Source: Candidatus Fermentithermobacillaceae bacterium | GTDB taxonomy: Bacteria > Bacillota > Sulfobacillia > Fermentithermobacillales > DUSS01 | Length of the DNA stretch: 64,000 nucleotides | Direction: 5' to 3' | Assembly (NCBI GenBank): GCA_014896535.1 | Contig: JADBKE010000008.1 | Coordinates: 118,438 to 182,437, forward strand | Shown here: piece after piece, positions 50,734-60,071 of the stretch | Numbering within the stretch: the first letter of the stretch is position 1 | How the letters are laid out: each line of letters starts with the position of its first letter | Notes under the pieces: generated by a model | Databases searched by the model: none | Told to the model about the DNA's origin: nothing | Seen by the model: only the letters and a program-made list of their open reading frames with translations | Program-made: the position numbers and the translations under genes

Positions 50734-52827
50734 GTGCTTATTCAGTTGACGTCCCGTGGGGCGCTGGTTGTGAGGTTGCTCCTTGAGACCCAAGGCCCCG
50801 TGAGAGTGAAGGACATTTCGTTCCGCGTTAAGGCGAGCGAACGCTCGGTTAGGTACGACTTGGACCAGGTGGAAGCTTGGCTCAGAGAGCATGGACTGAG
50901 GCTGCGACGGAAGCCCAGGGTCGGGGTGTGGGTGGAGGGTTCGCGCGAGGCACGTTCGCGTGCTCTAGCGATGCTTGGTGAACCCGACAGGCTCCGCGTG
51001 CTTATGGAACCGGAGGACCGTAGTTGGCTGATGCTAGGATGGATCCTGTGTTCCCGCTCGCCAGTCCCGGTGCGAACTCTGGCTGCGGCATTGGGGGTTA
51101 GCCGGAGAACCGTCTACTACGACCTACAAAGGTTGAGTAGTTGGCTGCGTAGCAGAGGGTTGTGCCTGCGGCGCGGGCGGAGAGGCGTGTCGCTCGAAGG
51201 TGACGAGGTTCAGTGCCGGTCCGTCATGGTGGAGTTCTTGGAAAGGTACGTTGGAAACGACGACTTGGTCAAGGTAACCACGACTCCTGTCTTAGGGTCG
51301 TCAGCCCAGAGCCCATCGCGAGCCGACTCAGTTGCGGGGCAGTGGCTTTGGCACTTACTGAGGGAGATAGGGGACCCCGAGGCCATGGCAAAAATTAACG
51401 CGATCGTGAACAACGTGCTACGCGCATTTGGCCTCCGACTAGCGACAAGCTTGAGGGGAGCATTAGTTGCGCACCTCTTAGCGACCGTCGTCAGAGTGAA
51501 GCAAGGACGAGCGTCTCACGAGCAGCGGGAGCAACTCGCACGACTGCGCCAGCGGCCGGAGTGGACGGTAGCCTCCAGAATTGCGCGGGCGCTGGAGGAA
51601 TCGTTCGGGATTTCGCTGCCAACGCCAGAGGTAGGGTATATCGCGCTCTATCTCGGGTCCCAGGTGACTGGGATAGACGCAGGTTCAGGGTGGTTTGCCC
51701 CGTCCCAGGAAGAACTTGGGCTTTGCGCCCGTGTAATAGCTGAGGAGGCTGGGTCTTACCTCGGGGTCAACCTGATGCAGGACGTGGAGCTCCGGTCCGG
51801 CCTGGTAGCCCATCTGTACGCCTCGCTTGAGAAGATTCGGGCGGGCATGCCCGTACGGAACCCGCTTCTGGACGAGATCAGGGCTCGGTACCCCATCATA
51901 CACAGTGCGGTGCGTAACGCTTGCAGGCGGGCAGGCGCCGTCGTGGGTGTGGAAATACCGGATGAGGAGGCAGGCTGGATTGCACTACACATAGGGGCGG
52001 CACTCGAAAGACTACGACAGCGGACCAAGCGGTGGAAAGGAGTGGTGGTGTGTGGCAGTGGTGTGGGTACTGCTCACTTGGTTAGAGCCCGTCTTCTTTG
52101 CGAGTTTCCAAATGCTGAATTCAAGGTGCTGGGAGCTGTCGACGAGGAGTACCTTTGGACGTGGGTTTCCCAAAACGGAGCTGATGTCGTCATCTCCACG
52201 GTGGAGCTTCGGCCGGGTGTCGTGCCGGTAGTTGTCGTCAGCCCGTTTCTCACGACCTCGGACGTACGGAAGATAGCATCAGTAGTCTATGCCCGCGCAA
52301 CGCTGACTGAGGCTGATCTTTTGGGGGGTTGCCACGCCAGGGCGGCACTCCAAGCGGAGGAATCTCACGAGCAGCAGCTTGTCGGTCCCCCGCTGCAGGA
52401 CCTCATTGATGAACGGCGAATCCGGGTTGGGGTGCGTGCGTCCAACGCGGTAGAGGCCATAAGGTTTGCAGGGGAGCTTCTCCGTGTGGACGGGATCGTT
52501 TCCGGCAAGTATGTCGATGCGATGGTAAACCTGTATCTGCAACTGGGCGCTTACATGGTGGTAGCGCGGGGGGTTGCACTGCCCCACGCTTCCCCGGAGG
52601 ATGGGGCACTTGGGCTCGGCGTCGCTGTTGTGACTTTGGAGCGGCCCATCAATTTCGGATCTCCTGAGAATGACCCGGTTCGGATTGTGATCTCGTTTGC
52701 GTTGCCTGACTACTCGTCCCACCTGCGCGCTCTGTCCGAGTTGCTTCAGATGCTCGGCCAGGGCGTGGGTGATCGAGTGTACGCGTGCAATACTGCAGCA
52801 GAAGTAGCATCGGTCCTCCGAGTCTGA
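50734..52827 (+). CDS. PRD-containing transcriptional regulator (MtlR/LicR/Mga-like) with C-terminal PTS EIIB-like and EIIA(type 2) domains
   Basis: 697 aa. N-terminal HTH/Mga-like wHTH repeats, two PRD-like regions, an EIIB(Gat)-like segment (VVVCGSGVGTAHL) and an EIIA-2 domain (VALPHASPEDGALG). GTG start. Confidence 0.8.
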   Translation: MLIQLTSRGALVVRLLLETQGPVRVKDISFRVKASERSVRYDLDQVEAWLREHGLRLRRKPRVGVWVEGSREARSRALAMLGEPDRLRVLMEPEDRSWLMLGWILCSRSPVPVRTLAAALGVSRRTVYYDLQRLSSWLRSRGLCLRRGRRGVSLEGDEVQCRSVMVEFLERYVGNDDLVKVTTTPVLGSSAQSPSRADSVAGQWLWHLLREIGDPEAMAKINAIVNNVLRAFGLRLATSLRGALVAHLLATVVRVKQGRASHEQREQLARLRQRPEWTVASRIARALEESFGISLPTPEVGYIALYLGSQVTGIDAGSGWFAPSQEELGLCARVIAEEAGSYLGVNLMQDVELRSGLVAHLYASLEKIRAGMPVRNPLLDEIRARYPIIHSAVRNACRRAGAVVGVEIPDEEAGWIALHIGAALERLRQRTKRWKGVVVCGSGVGTAHLVRARLLCEFPNAEFKVLGAVDEEYLWTWVSQNGADVVISTVELRPGVVPVVVVSPFLTTSDVRKIASVVYARATLTEADLLGGCHARAALQAEESHEQQLVGPPLQDLIDERRIRVGVRASNAVEAIRFAGELLRVDGIVSGKYVDAMVNLYLQLGAYMVVARGVALPHASPEDGALGLGVAVVTLERPINFGSPENDPVRIVISFALPDYSSHLRALSELLQMLGQGVGDRVYACNTAAEVASVLRV

Positions 52828-53197
52828 GCCACGTGCCGCGGTGGTGGGACCCGTGTTCCTCCCCAGTTTCGTGTAACTTGGGTTGTTTCTCCCGTCACCT
52901 TCGGTGCAGATTTGCATTATATCAGGTTGACCCATTCTGCGCTTACGGGTGCAGGTAAGTCATCCGTTTGGGGCGAAGGAGATTCCACAGCAAACCGAGT
53001 CTCGGTGTACTGCTTGCCTGAAAATGTGATGAGCGGGCGTTTGCACTAATGGCGAGGGATGATGGAGGTGATCAGCCTTACCGTATCAGGCGGTTCGAAG
53101 GTAGGAGTATTGGAGTATAGCAGGGGGTGACGCCTGCGTCCCCTGAGCACCAAAAGTCGCGTTCAAGTTTCCTTCCGGACGGAAAGGAGGGCAAAAA

Positions 53198-54574
53198 ATG
53201 GAGGTTTTGAGGAGCACGGTCAATCAGATCCTGGGCTACGGTCCTGCTATCATGATGCCTATAATCTTGTTCGTGCTGTCTCTTATTTTCCGACAGTCCA
53301 TAGGCAGGAGCGCCAGGGCGGCTTTAATCGTCGGTGTTGCTTTCGTAGGTATCAATGCCGTTTTGGGTACTGTTTTTACTGCGATCGGGCCTATAGTGGA
53401 CGCTATTGCAAAAGGTTTCGGCTTGAGTTTACAGGGTTTGGATGTCGGTTGGCCGCTGACGTCAGCCATCACGTGGGGTGTCGCGATATCGGCAGCCGTT
53501 ATACCATTAGCTTTTGTGGTCAACGTCGTCTTGCTGATGTTGAACTGGACCAAGACCTTCGATGCAGACGTGTGGAATTATTGGCATTGGGCCTTTGCTG
53601 CAGTGATGGTGTACATGTGGACGAAGAACGTTTGGCTTGCGTACCTTGTGGCCATCGTAGTGGAGATCATTATCCTGAAGCTGGCAGACTGGACAGCTCC
53701 CTTGGCGCAGCGTTATTTCAACATTCCTGGTACCTCTCTACCGCACACGGAAACCGTAAACTGGGCACCCATTAGTTTGGCTCTCGAGAAGTTAATTTTC
53801 TCCCGCATTCGGCCTTTAGAAAACGTTAAGGCTGACCCCGAAGGTTTAACCAGGAAGTTCGGTGTGTTCGGTGAACCGGTCATGCTGGGGCTCTATGTGG
53901 GTGTCCTGCTCGGCATACTGGGCCGGCAGTCCGCGGTGGACATTGTAAAAACCGGTATTTACTTGGCCTCTCTGATGCTTCTTCAAGGCCGCATGATCGG
54001 CATCTTAATGGAAGGACTTTTGCCCATTGCTAACGGTATCTCAGAGTACTTCGCTCGTTCTTCACGGTTCCAGGGCCGCGAAATTTATATAGGGATAGAC
54101 GCAGGGCCCATCGGGCTGGCGAACCCCACTTCGATTTTCGTGGGCTATCTAACGCTACCGTTGGTGATCCTGTTCTCGTTTATACCTGGCAACAAGATCA
54201 TGCCTTTGGCCGATCTGGCTATCCTCCCGATTTTCGTGATGTGGGCTGCTGCTGCCTCCCGCGGTAACGTGATAAAGACCTTCCTGAATGGGCTTTTCAG
54301 CGTAGGTTTGGTAATGTACATTACCAACGCTTTTGCGGTACCGTTGACTGAGGCAGCTAAAGCGATAAACTATAGCATACCCGCTGGCGTCGCGTTGGTG
54401 TCCTCCCTAGATGCTGGTGGACACATACTACCCTTTATCATCATTCTACCCATCGTAGCCCTTGCTTCGGGGCAACCTGCCATGGCCGGGATTCCTGTCG
54501 TCATCGGCGTTCTATACTTCGCGGCATGGTACTACGCTAAGGATCAGCCTGCCAAAATTGCCGAGAAGCTTTAG
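53198..54574 (+). CDS. PTS ascorbate-family EIIC (UlaA/SgaT-like) permease
   Basis: 458 aa polytopic. Full-length UlaA/SgaT-family similarity. RBS GGAAAGGAGGG. Confidence 0.9.
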   Translation: MEVLRSTVNQILGYGPAIMMPIILFVLSLIFRQSIGRSARAALIVGVAFVGINAVLGTVFTAIGPIVDAIAKGFGLSLQGLDVGWPLTSAITWGVAISAAVIPLAFVVNVVLLMLNWTKTFDADVWNYWHWAFAAVMVYMWTKNVWLAYLVAIVVEIIILKLADWTAPLAQRYFNIPGTSLPHTETVNWAPISLALEKLIFSRIRPLENVKADPEGLTRKFGVFGEPVMLGLYVGVLLGILGRQSAVDIVKTGIYLASLMLLQGRMIGILMEGLLPIANGISEYFARSSRFQGREIYIGIDAGPIGLANPTSIFVGYLTLPLVILFSFIPGNKIMPLADLAILPIFVMWAAAASRGNVIKTFLNGLFSVGLVMYITNAFAVPLTEAAKAINYSIPAGVALVSSLDAGGHILPFIIILPIVALASGQPAMAGIPVVIGVLYFAAWYYAKDQPAKIAEKL

Positions 54575-54650
54575 GCGAGGGCCTGGCTTGAGTGCTGGGG
54601 ACCCGAGAGTCAGCGGTCTCGGGTCCCCTTGACTAAGGAGGTCGATTAGT

Positions 54651-55277
54651 ATGGAAGCGGACCTCAGAGAGCAACTCTGTGAGATCATGAAGCGCCTTTA
54701 CATGCGAGGTTTGATCTCCAGCGTAGGGGGCAATAGCAGTGTCGTCTGCCGTAACGAGGGCTACGTTCTCATAACGCCCACAGGTTTAGACAAGATGAAC
54801 ATCACGCCGCGAGATATCGTAAAGATTGATCTGGAAGGCCGGGTCCTAGGCGAGGGCAAGCCTTCCACCGAGACCATAAACCATCTAAGCGTTTATAGGA
54901 CCAGGCCGGACATTAATGCCCTGGTTCACGCCCATCCGCCCACGGCCGTAGGTATGGTTTCAGCGGGCTTTTTACCGCAAGGCGTGACGCCTGAATACGT
55001 GGTTATGGTGGGCACGCTTGCGGTGGTGGAGTTTGCGACCCCTGGTGGTGACTCTATCGAAAGATTGAATGAGGGCTTGAGCCGCAGTAATATCGTGCTG
55101 TTGAAAAACCACGGGGTTTTTAGCGTGGGAAGTACTTTGCTCGAGGCTTTTGCGCGCATAGAGGTGCTCGAGGAAGCAGCCAAGATGGTGATGGCCGGAA
55201 GGTTTTTCGGGGGCATGCCGGAGCTTACGGAAGCCCAAAGACGTAATGTGCTAGACAAGTACGCGAGGAAACGGTGA
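54651..55277 (+). CDS. Class II aldolase/epimerase (L-ribulose-5-phosphate 4-epimerase / L-fuculose-phosphate aldolase family)
   Basis: 208 aa. LISSVGGNSSV...LITPTG...HAHPP metal-binding motifs of the class-II aldolase/adducin family. Confidence 0.85.
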   Translation: MEADLREQLCEIMKRLYMRGLISSVGGNSSVVCRNEGYVLITPTGLDKMNITPRDIVKIDLEGRVLGEGKPSTETINHLSVYRTRPDINALVHAHPPTAVGMVSAGFLPQGVTPEYVVMVGTLAVVEFATPGGDSIERLNEGLSRSNIVLLKNHGVFSVGSTLLEAFARIEVLEEAAKMVMAGRFFGGMPELTEAQRRNVLDKYARKR

Positions 55278-55290
55278 GGAGGGACACATA

Positions 55291-55605
55291 GTGAACAAGA
55301 AGTACCTCATATACGTAGCCTGCGGATCGGCTGCAGCGTCGGCTAATTTGGTCAAGGTCAGACTGTGGGACCTGCTGAGGAAGAAAGGCATAGATGCAGA
55401 GCTTCAAACGATGAGGGTATCGGAAGTGCCGAACACCGTGAAAGCCAAAAGGCCGGATTTGGTGATCATCACCGCTGGTAGCTTTTCGAAGGAAGCTTTA
55501 CCACCGGACTTGCCGGTGTTAAGTGGCTTGCCTTTAATGACCATGATCGGGGTCGATGCCTTCATGAAGCAGGTAGAAGAGACGCTGAGCAAGGCAGGTC
55601 AGTAG
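55291..55605 (+). CDS. PTS EIIB component (ascorbate/galactitol type)
   Basis: 104 aa. Phospho-Cys near the N-terminus (YVACGSAAAS), type-3 EIIB fold. Confidence 0.75.
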   Translation: MNKKYLIYVACGSAAASANLVKVRLWDLLRKKGIDAELQTMRVSEVPNTVKAKRPDLVIITAGSFSKEALPPDLPVLSGLPLMTMIGVDAFMKQVEETLSKAGQ

Positions 55606-55606
55606 C

Positions 55607-56047
55607 ATGGAATTGCTGGTAGAAAAGGTACAAGGTGATAGAGAACAGGTACTCTCCTACTTGGCTGACGTTCTGTTGCAGAAGGGATTTGTAAAGGAAG
55701 GCTATAAGGAATCGCTCCTAGACCGAGAGAGACGCTTTCCTACGGGGCTTTACGTAAACGATGAGTTAAAGGTGGCTATTCCTCATACGGAGATCGCTTA
55801 CGCGAACGAAAACGTTCTAGTCGTGGCAAAACCATTAAACCGTCTGAGCTTCTACCGTATGGATAAACCCGGAGATCCTATCGATGTGGACGTGGTGTTT
55901 ATGCTCGTGGTAAGGGACCCAGGCGCGTACACCAAGTTCTTGAGCAAGCTTACAGAGAAACTGACCGACGGGTGCTTTGTAAAGTTGATAAAGGCAGGAG
56001 ACTTGGATAACCTATCGGCCTGCATCAGAGAGGTCTTGCTTGTCTAA
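55607..56047 (+). CDS. PTS EIIA component (type 2, mannitol/fructose/ascorbate class)
   Basis: 146 aa. Active His region KVAIPHTE. Overlaps the EIIB stop. Confidence 0.8.
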   Translation: MELLVEKVQGDREQVLSYLADVLLQKGFVKEGYKESLLDRERRFPTGLYVNDELKVAIPHTEIAYANENVLVVAKPLNRLSFYRMDKPGDPIDVDVVFMLVVRDPGAYTKFLSKLTEKLTDGCFVKLIKAGDLDNLSACIREVLLV

Positions 56048-56418
56048 AGGGAGAGCGCGGTTTCGGGCAGCTCCGTATCCCTACGTTGAGGGTCAAAGTG
56101 GCGAGCGGTGAAACTCGCGCTCAAAGTCCTGGGTTACAGTTCCACTGCGCTACGGTGCGCGCTGCGTTACTCAGTGCTGCTACCCTCGACTACCGGCAAG
56201 CTCGCGAATGAAGGGATCACAGGCTGACCACTGCACCTTGAAAACGGGATAGCATTGTCGCACCGAACGATGGCATGGGGACTCGCGAGGGCAGGACTGG
56301 CTGACTTTCCCAGTGGCAGCTACGGAAGTAGCTGGCGCACACATGGGGCACGGGTGCGGTGGTCTCATTCTTGTAACGTCGGACCGGGGAGTGAGGCTAT
56401 GAGCCGATGGTTTGCGGT

Positions 56419-56752
56419 GGTCTTCCGTTCTCCGTGGCTTGCAAAGGAGGGCTTGGATGGCGTTCACAAAGTGCTCTCGCAAGAACTAGGGTACCGGCTG
56501 CTCGACAGTACAGCGGAACGTTCATCGTGGGAAAAGGGTAGCAAGCTGGCCACTTACGCGGGACTGGTTAACTGGCGAGTGCTGTATCGACGTTTGGTGG
56601 TGGAACTAGTGGAAAAGGACACAGTAAGACTTACGTACCATTTCTCTTGGCTCACGAACGTAGGAGTGTTGGCATCGGCAGCACGGCACGAACTCGGGTT
56701 TCTGCAGAAAGCCTTTCACGCGGAACAATTTAAGATGGAGAGGCTTCGCTGA
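56419..56752 (+). CDS. Hypothetical protein (about 111 aa), no recognised family
   Basis: ORF with RBS GGAGTGAGG. Mixed alpha/beta-looking sequence (MSRWFAVVFRSPWLAKEGLDG...). The track ORF start at 56255 seems too early. Confidence 0.3.
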
Positions 56753-57053
56753 TATAAAGCAATCGCCAGCAGGGAAGAACCGATTGAAGCGGCACGCTGT
56801 GACCTGGGGTGGTACCGCCGATGCTCCAGGTGGGGCGAGAGTCAGCAAGTTTCCGGCGAGCAGCCGGGCACGGACGGCCGGAAGGCCGATGAAGAGACGG
56901 ATGGTATTACCGGCTTGCAGACCGGGGTGGAACGCGTTGGCGGTTGCCGTCGCTGGCATCCACCAAGCGCGGTTTGGCAGGACCAAGCTCGATACTGACC
57001 GGATCTGGGCAAGATGTGTCGCTACCGGCTTGTCGCGTGCCTCGTATGGTTCG

Positions 57054-57323
57054 TTATGTGTCGACGACAATGGCATCCGGCAGGCGGCGAGGGAAGGTAT
57101 CGCGAAGGTCGCATCGGGCGAATATTTTTCGGGGTTGCCTGGGAGGCGGGGCTGGAGGTGGCAATCGCTGCAATATCGGCAGATCAGGCGTACGCTCGCC
57201 CGTTTCGTACTTTGCAATAGCCGAATAAGAGACCCTGACTAGTTTGGCAAGTTCTTCCCTCGACCAGTCGGATTCTTCTCTTAAGGTCTTAATGCGCCGA
57301 GCAGTCACTTGCGGATCTGGCAT
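57054..57323 (-). CDS. XRE-family helix-turn-helix regulator, probably C-terminally aberrant/truncated
   Basis: HTH ARRIKTLREESDWSREELAKLVRVSYSAIAKYETGERTPDLPIL. ATG at 57323 with RBS AGGAAGGG. Proline-rich non-family tail (LPPPAPPPRQPRK...). Lies next to IS remnants. Confidence 0.55.
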   Translation of the reverse strand: MPDPQVTARRIKTLREESDWSREELAKLVRVSYSAIAKYETGERTPDLPILQRLPPPAPPPRQPRKIFARCDLRDTFPRRLPDAIVVDT

Positions 57324-57389
57324 TATTCCAGTCCCTTCCTCAAAGCGAGTGTAGCACATAACGTCCAGTCTTAAAAGTGATCGGAACCA

Positions 57390-58573
57390 ATGAGAAACCA
57401 CCTAGGCTTTAGATTAGAAACCGCGGGACTCCCCAGCGGAACCAAAAAAGCACCCGGGGTGGCTGAGGTGAGGATAGTCCCGCCGAAAGAGTGTCCTCGG
57501 TGTGGGAAGGTAGGACTGCATAGGTACGGTGCCCAAGAGGCGGGTTTTAGATGTGTTCCTGGGCGGACGGTGGGTCTATGTTAGTTGGACACCGTTACGC
57601 CTGCGGTGCCCGCAGTGCAAAAAGACGTTCTTGTGCCGTCCAGCAGCCGTAAGGCCCTGGTCCAGGTTTACGGATACGGCTGTGTGCACGATAGTGGAAC
57701 ACTCGCGGTGGATGAACTACACATCAACAGCGGAACTACTTCAGCTAGACAGGCACCGGGTGAAGCGAGTGACCCTCAAGCGCGTTGACCCGAACATACT
57801 CCCCGAACAGGGGGAACCAGTAGTCCTCAGGTTGGCCGAGCTCTCCTTCAGCTGGCACGACTACATGTGCATGGCGGGGCAACTGGCTCCTACCAGGAGG
57901 GTGCTTTCATTGCTGGATAACGACCTGATGCGAACAATCGAAGGGTATCTGAGACACCTCAAAGATTCCGGAGTGGTGGTCGAAGCGTTTGTGATAGACA
58001 TGAAGGATCCATCGCGCAAACTGATTAAGCGGGTTTTCCCAGGCCAAGGTCATCGTGGACGCATTTCATGTAGTTCAGGACGCCAACCGCAGGTTGGATG
58101 AGTGCCGGAAGGTTGAACAGGATGCGCTCAAAGTAGGCATTCCCCGGTACCCGCTGCTGAAGCAGAGAGAAAAACTTACCCCCAGGCAAGTTCAGCAACT
58201 CGAATGGATCCGGAGAAAGTTTCCGGCTCTGTATGAACTGTATCAACTCAATCAACTCAAAGAAGAGTTGCGGGACATTTTACGCGGAAGGGATGTCGAC
58301 AAGGGCAGGGAGAGGATATATTGCTGGTTCCTCGCGCCCGAGAGTGCTTCGAACGCCGAGGGTTGGGTGTGGGCGAAGACCATAAGATCCTGGCGACAGG
58401 AGATCTTGAACCTGATCTACTTTGCCGCCAGGGGCCAGCGACACACCAACGGCTACATAGAGGGAAAAATCACTCTTGTAAAGATGATCGAGAGGCTCGG
58501 GTTTGGTTTCAGGAACCGTGAGAGTTTCCTAAAGAGGGCGTTTATTGGAGGTCAAGTGCGAGATTGGGTGTAA
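57390..58573 (+). pseudogene. ISL3-family transposase, frameshifted/decayed (three consecutive partial ORFs)
   Basis: N-terminal zf-ISL3 (CPRCGKVGLHRYG...CPQCKKTF), then C-terminal DDE_Tnp_ISL3 (DAFHVVQDANRRLDECR...TNGYIEGKITLVKMIERLGFGFRN) spread over frames 57390-57584, 57529-58101 and 58055-58573. Total length is shorter than intact ISL3 transposases. Confidence 0.75.
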
Positions 58574-58575
58574 AA

Positions 58576-59884
58576 ACTGCCTCTGGTAGATAGTCATGGG
58601 TCTTATACAGCCTCCAATCGGAAATCGAGGCTTTCGCTTTCGGCTGTTTCTGTACTTGCCTTCCACCTCCAATACTCGGACATATCGAAGTAGCGGTGGC
58701 CGGTAGCCCAATTCTCGTCTATCTCCATGAGGACCGCACCGAGCAACCGTAACGCCGAGTCCTCGTTGGGAAAGATGCGAATCACTCGCTCCCGCCGGCG
58801 GATCTCCTGGTTCAGTCGTTCCACTCCATTGGTCGTCCGGAGACGCTTCCGGTAGCGCTCCGGAAGAGCCATCACAGCCATGGCGTCTTCAAACCCTGCT
58901 TCCAGACGTTCCACTGCCTTTGGAGCACGCTCGGCATAAGTCTGAAGAAGGTCATCCTTCAGCCGGCGTGCCGTCTCCAAATCAGGAGCATCGAATACCA
59001 GTCGCAGACGCTGGTAAAACTCCTTCTCCAGAGACTTAGGGCAGGCATCGAGAATGTTGCGGATGAAGTGTGTTTGGCATCGCTGCCACGTTGCTCCCTG
59101 GAAACAAGTCTCGACCGCCTCCACAAGGCCTTTGTGGTCATCGGAGACCACCAGGTCAACCCCTCGCAGGCCGCGACCCTTCAACCAGTCAAAAAACTCG
59201 TACCAACTCTCTCGAGACTCACTGTCCCCGATCATTAGACCAAGGACCTCGCGATAACCATCCTGGTTTATCCCGGTCGCGACCAGTACGCTGCAAAGGC
59301 GGACCCTGCCGCCCTTTCGCACCCGGATGACCATGGCATCCACCACGAGGAATGGATATAATCTCTCACTCAGGTCGCGCTCATTCCACTCCCGCACTAT
59401 CTCGTCTAGCCTCTTACACAGCTCCGATACGGTCGACCGCGAAAACTCCGTACCGCATAATTCCTCAACTACAGCCCGCACCTTTCGGGTGGACACGCCG
59501 TTCACCACCATTTCCACCATGGCAAGAAGCAGAGCCTGCTCGCTCCGCTGGTAGCGTTCGAAGAGGTCAGTCGAGAAACCACCCTTGCGCACCCGAGGAA
59601 CCTGCAGATTGAGCTCGCCAACCCGGCTTTTGAGTAGTCTCGGCCGATGCCCGTTCCGGTACCCCTGCCGTTCTTCAGTGCGCTCATACGGCGCAGCTTT
59701 CAGCTGCTCGGTGACCTGAGCCTCCAGGATCTGGTTGACTACCTGCTCAACCAGACGTGCAAGGCCATCATCCCTAACAAACAACTGCTGCAGGATCTCG
59801 CCATCTATGGTAACTTGGTACTGGGCCATCCTTGTCCCTCCTGGTGATGTTTTGATTAGACACCTACTCATCTACCAGAGGCAG
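58576..59884 (-). mobile_element. IS256-family insertion sequence (intact), inserted at the 3' end of the ISL3 remnant
   Basis: 15-bp perfect terminal inverted repeats CTGCCTCTGGTAGAT at 58576-58590 and 59870-59884 (reverse complement) flank a full transposase ORF. No clear target-site duplication was seen. Confidence 0.8.
58603..59829 (-). CDS. IS256-family (mutator-type) transposase
   Basis: 408 aa from the ATG at 59829. Full-length IS256-transposase similarity (DDE region LVVDAMVIRV...DDHKGLVEAV...TTNGVERLNQEIRRR). Confidence 0.9.
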   Translation of the reverse strand: MAQYQVTIDGEILQQLFVRDDGLARLVEQVVNQILEAQVTEQLKAAPYERTEERQGYRNGHRPRLLKSRVGELNLQVPRVRKGGFSTDLFERYQRSEQALLLAMVEMVVNGVSTRKVRAVVEELCGTEFSRSTVSELCKRLDEIVREWNERDLSERLYPFLVVDAMVIRVRKGGRVRLCSVLVATGINQDGYREVLGLMIGDSESRESWYEFFDWLKGRGLRGVDLVVSDDHKGLVEAVETCFQGATWQRCQTHFIRNILDACPKSLEKEFYQRLRLVFDAPDLETARRLKDDLLQTYAERAPKAVERLEAGFEDAMAVMALPERYRKRLRTTNGVERLNQEIRRRERVIRIFPNEDSALRLLGAVLMEIDENWATGHRYFDMSEYWRWKASTETAESESLDFRLEAV

Positions 59885-60071
59885 GATGGCCTTTCCTCCT
59901 TCTAAGGCTCGTGACTCGCAGACTTTTACACCAAGATACCGGACGCTACTTTTATTGGATGCTGCGCCCGGGATGCAATCCCACAATTATTGGCCTAGAG
60001 CCTGTGCCTGGCGGTTAAGACTTAAGCGTACACTGATGGTGCACGCATCCGATCAGGGAAAGCACGTAAAC

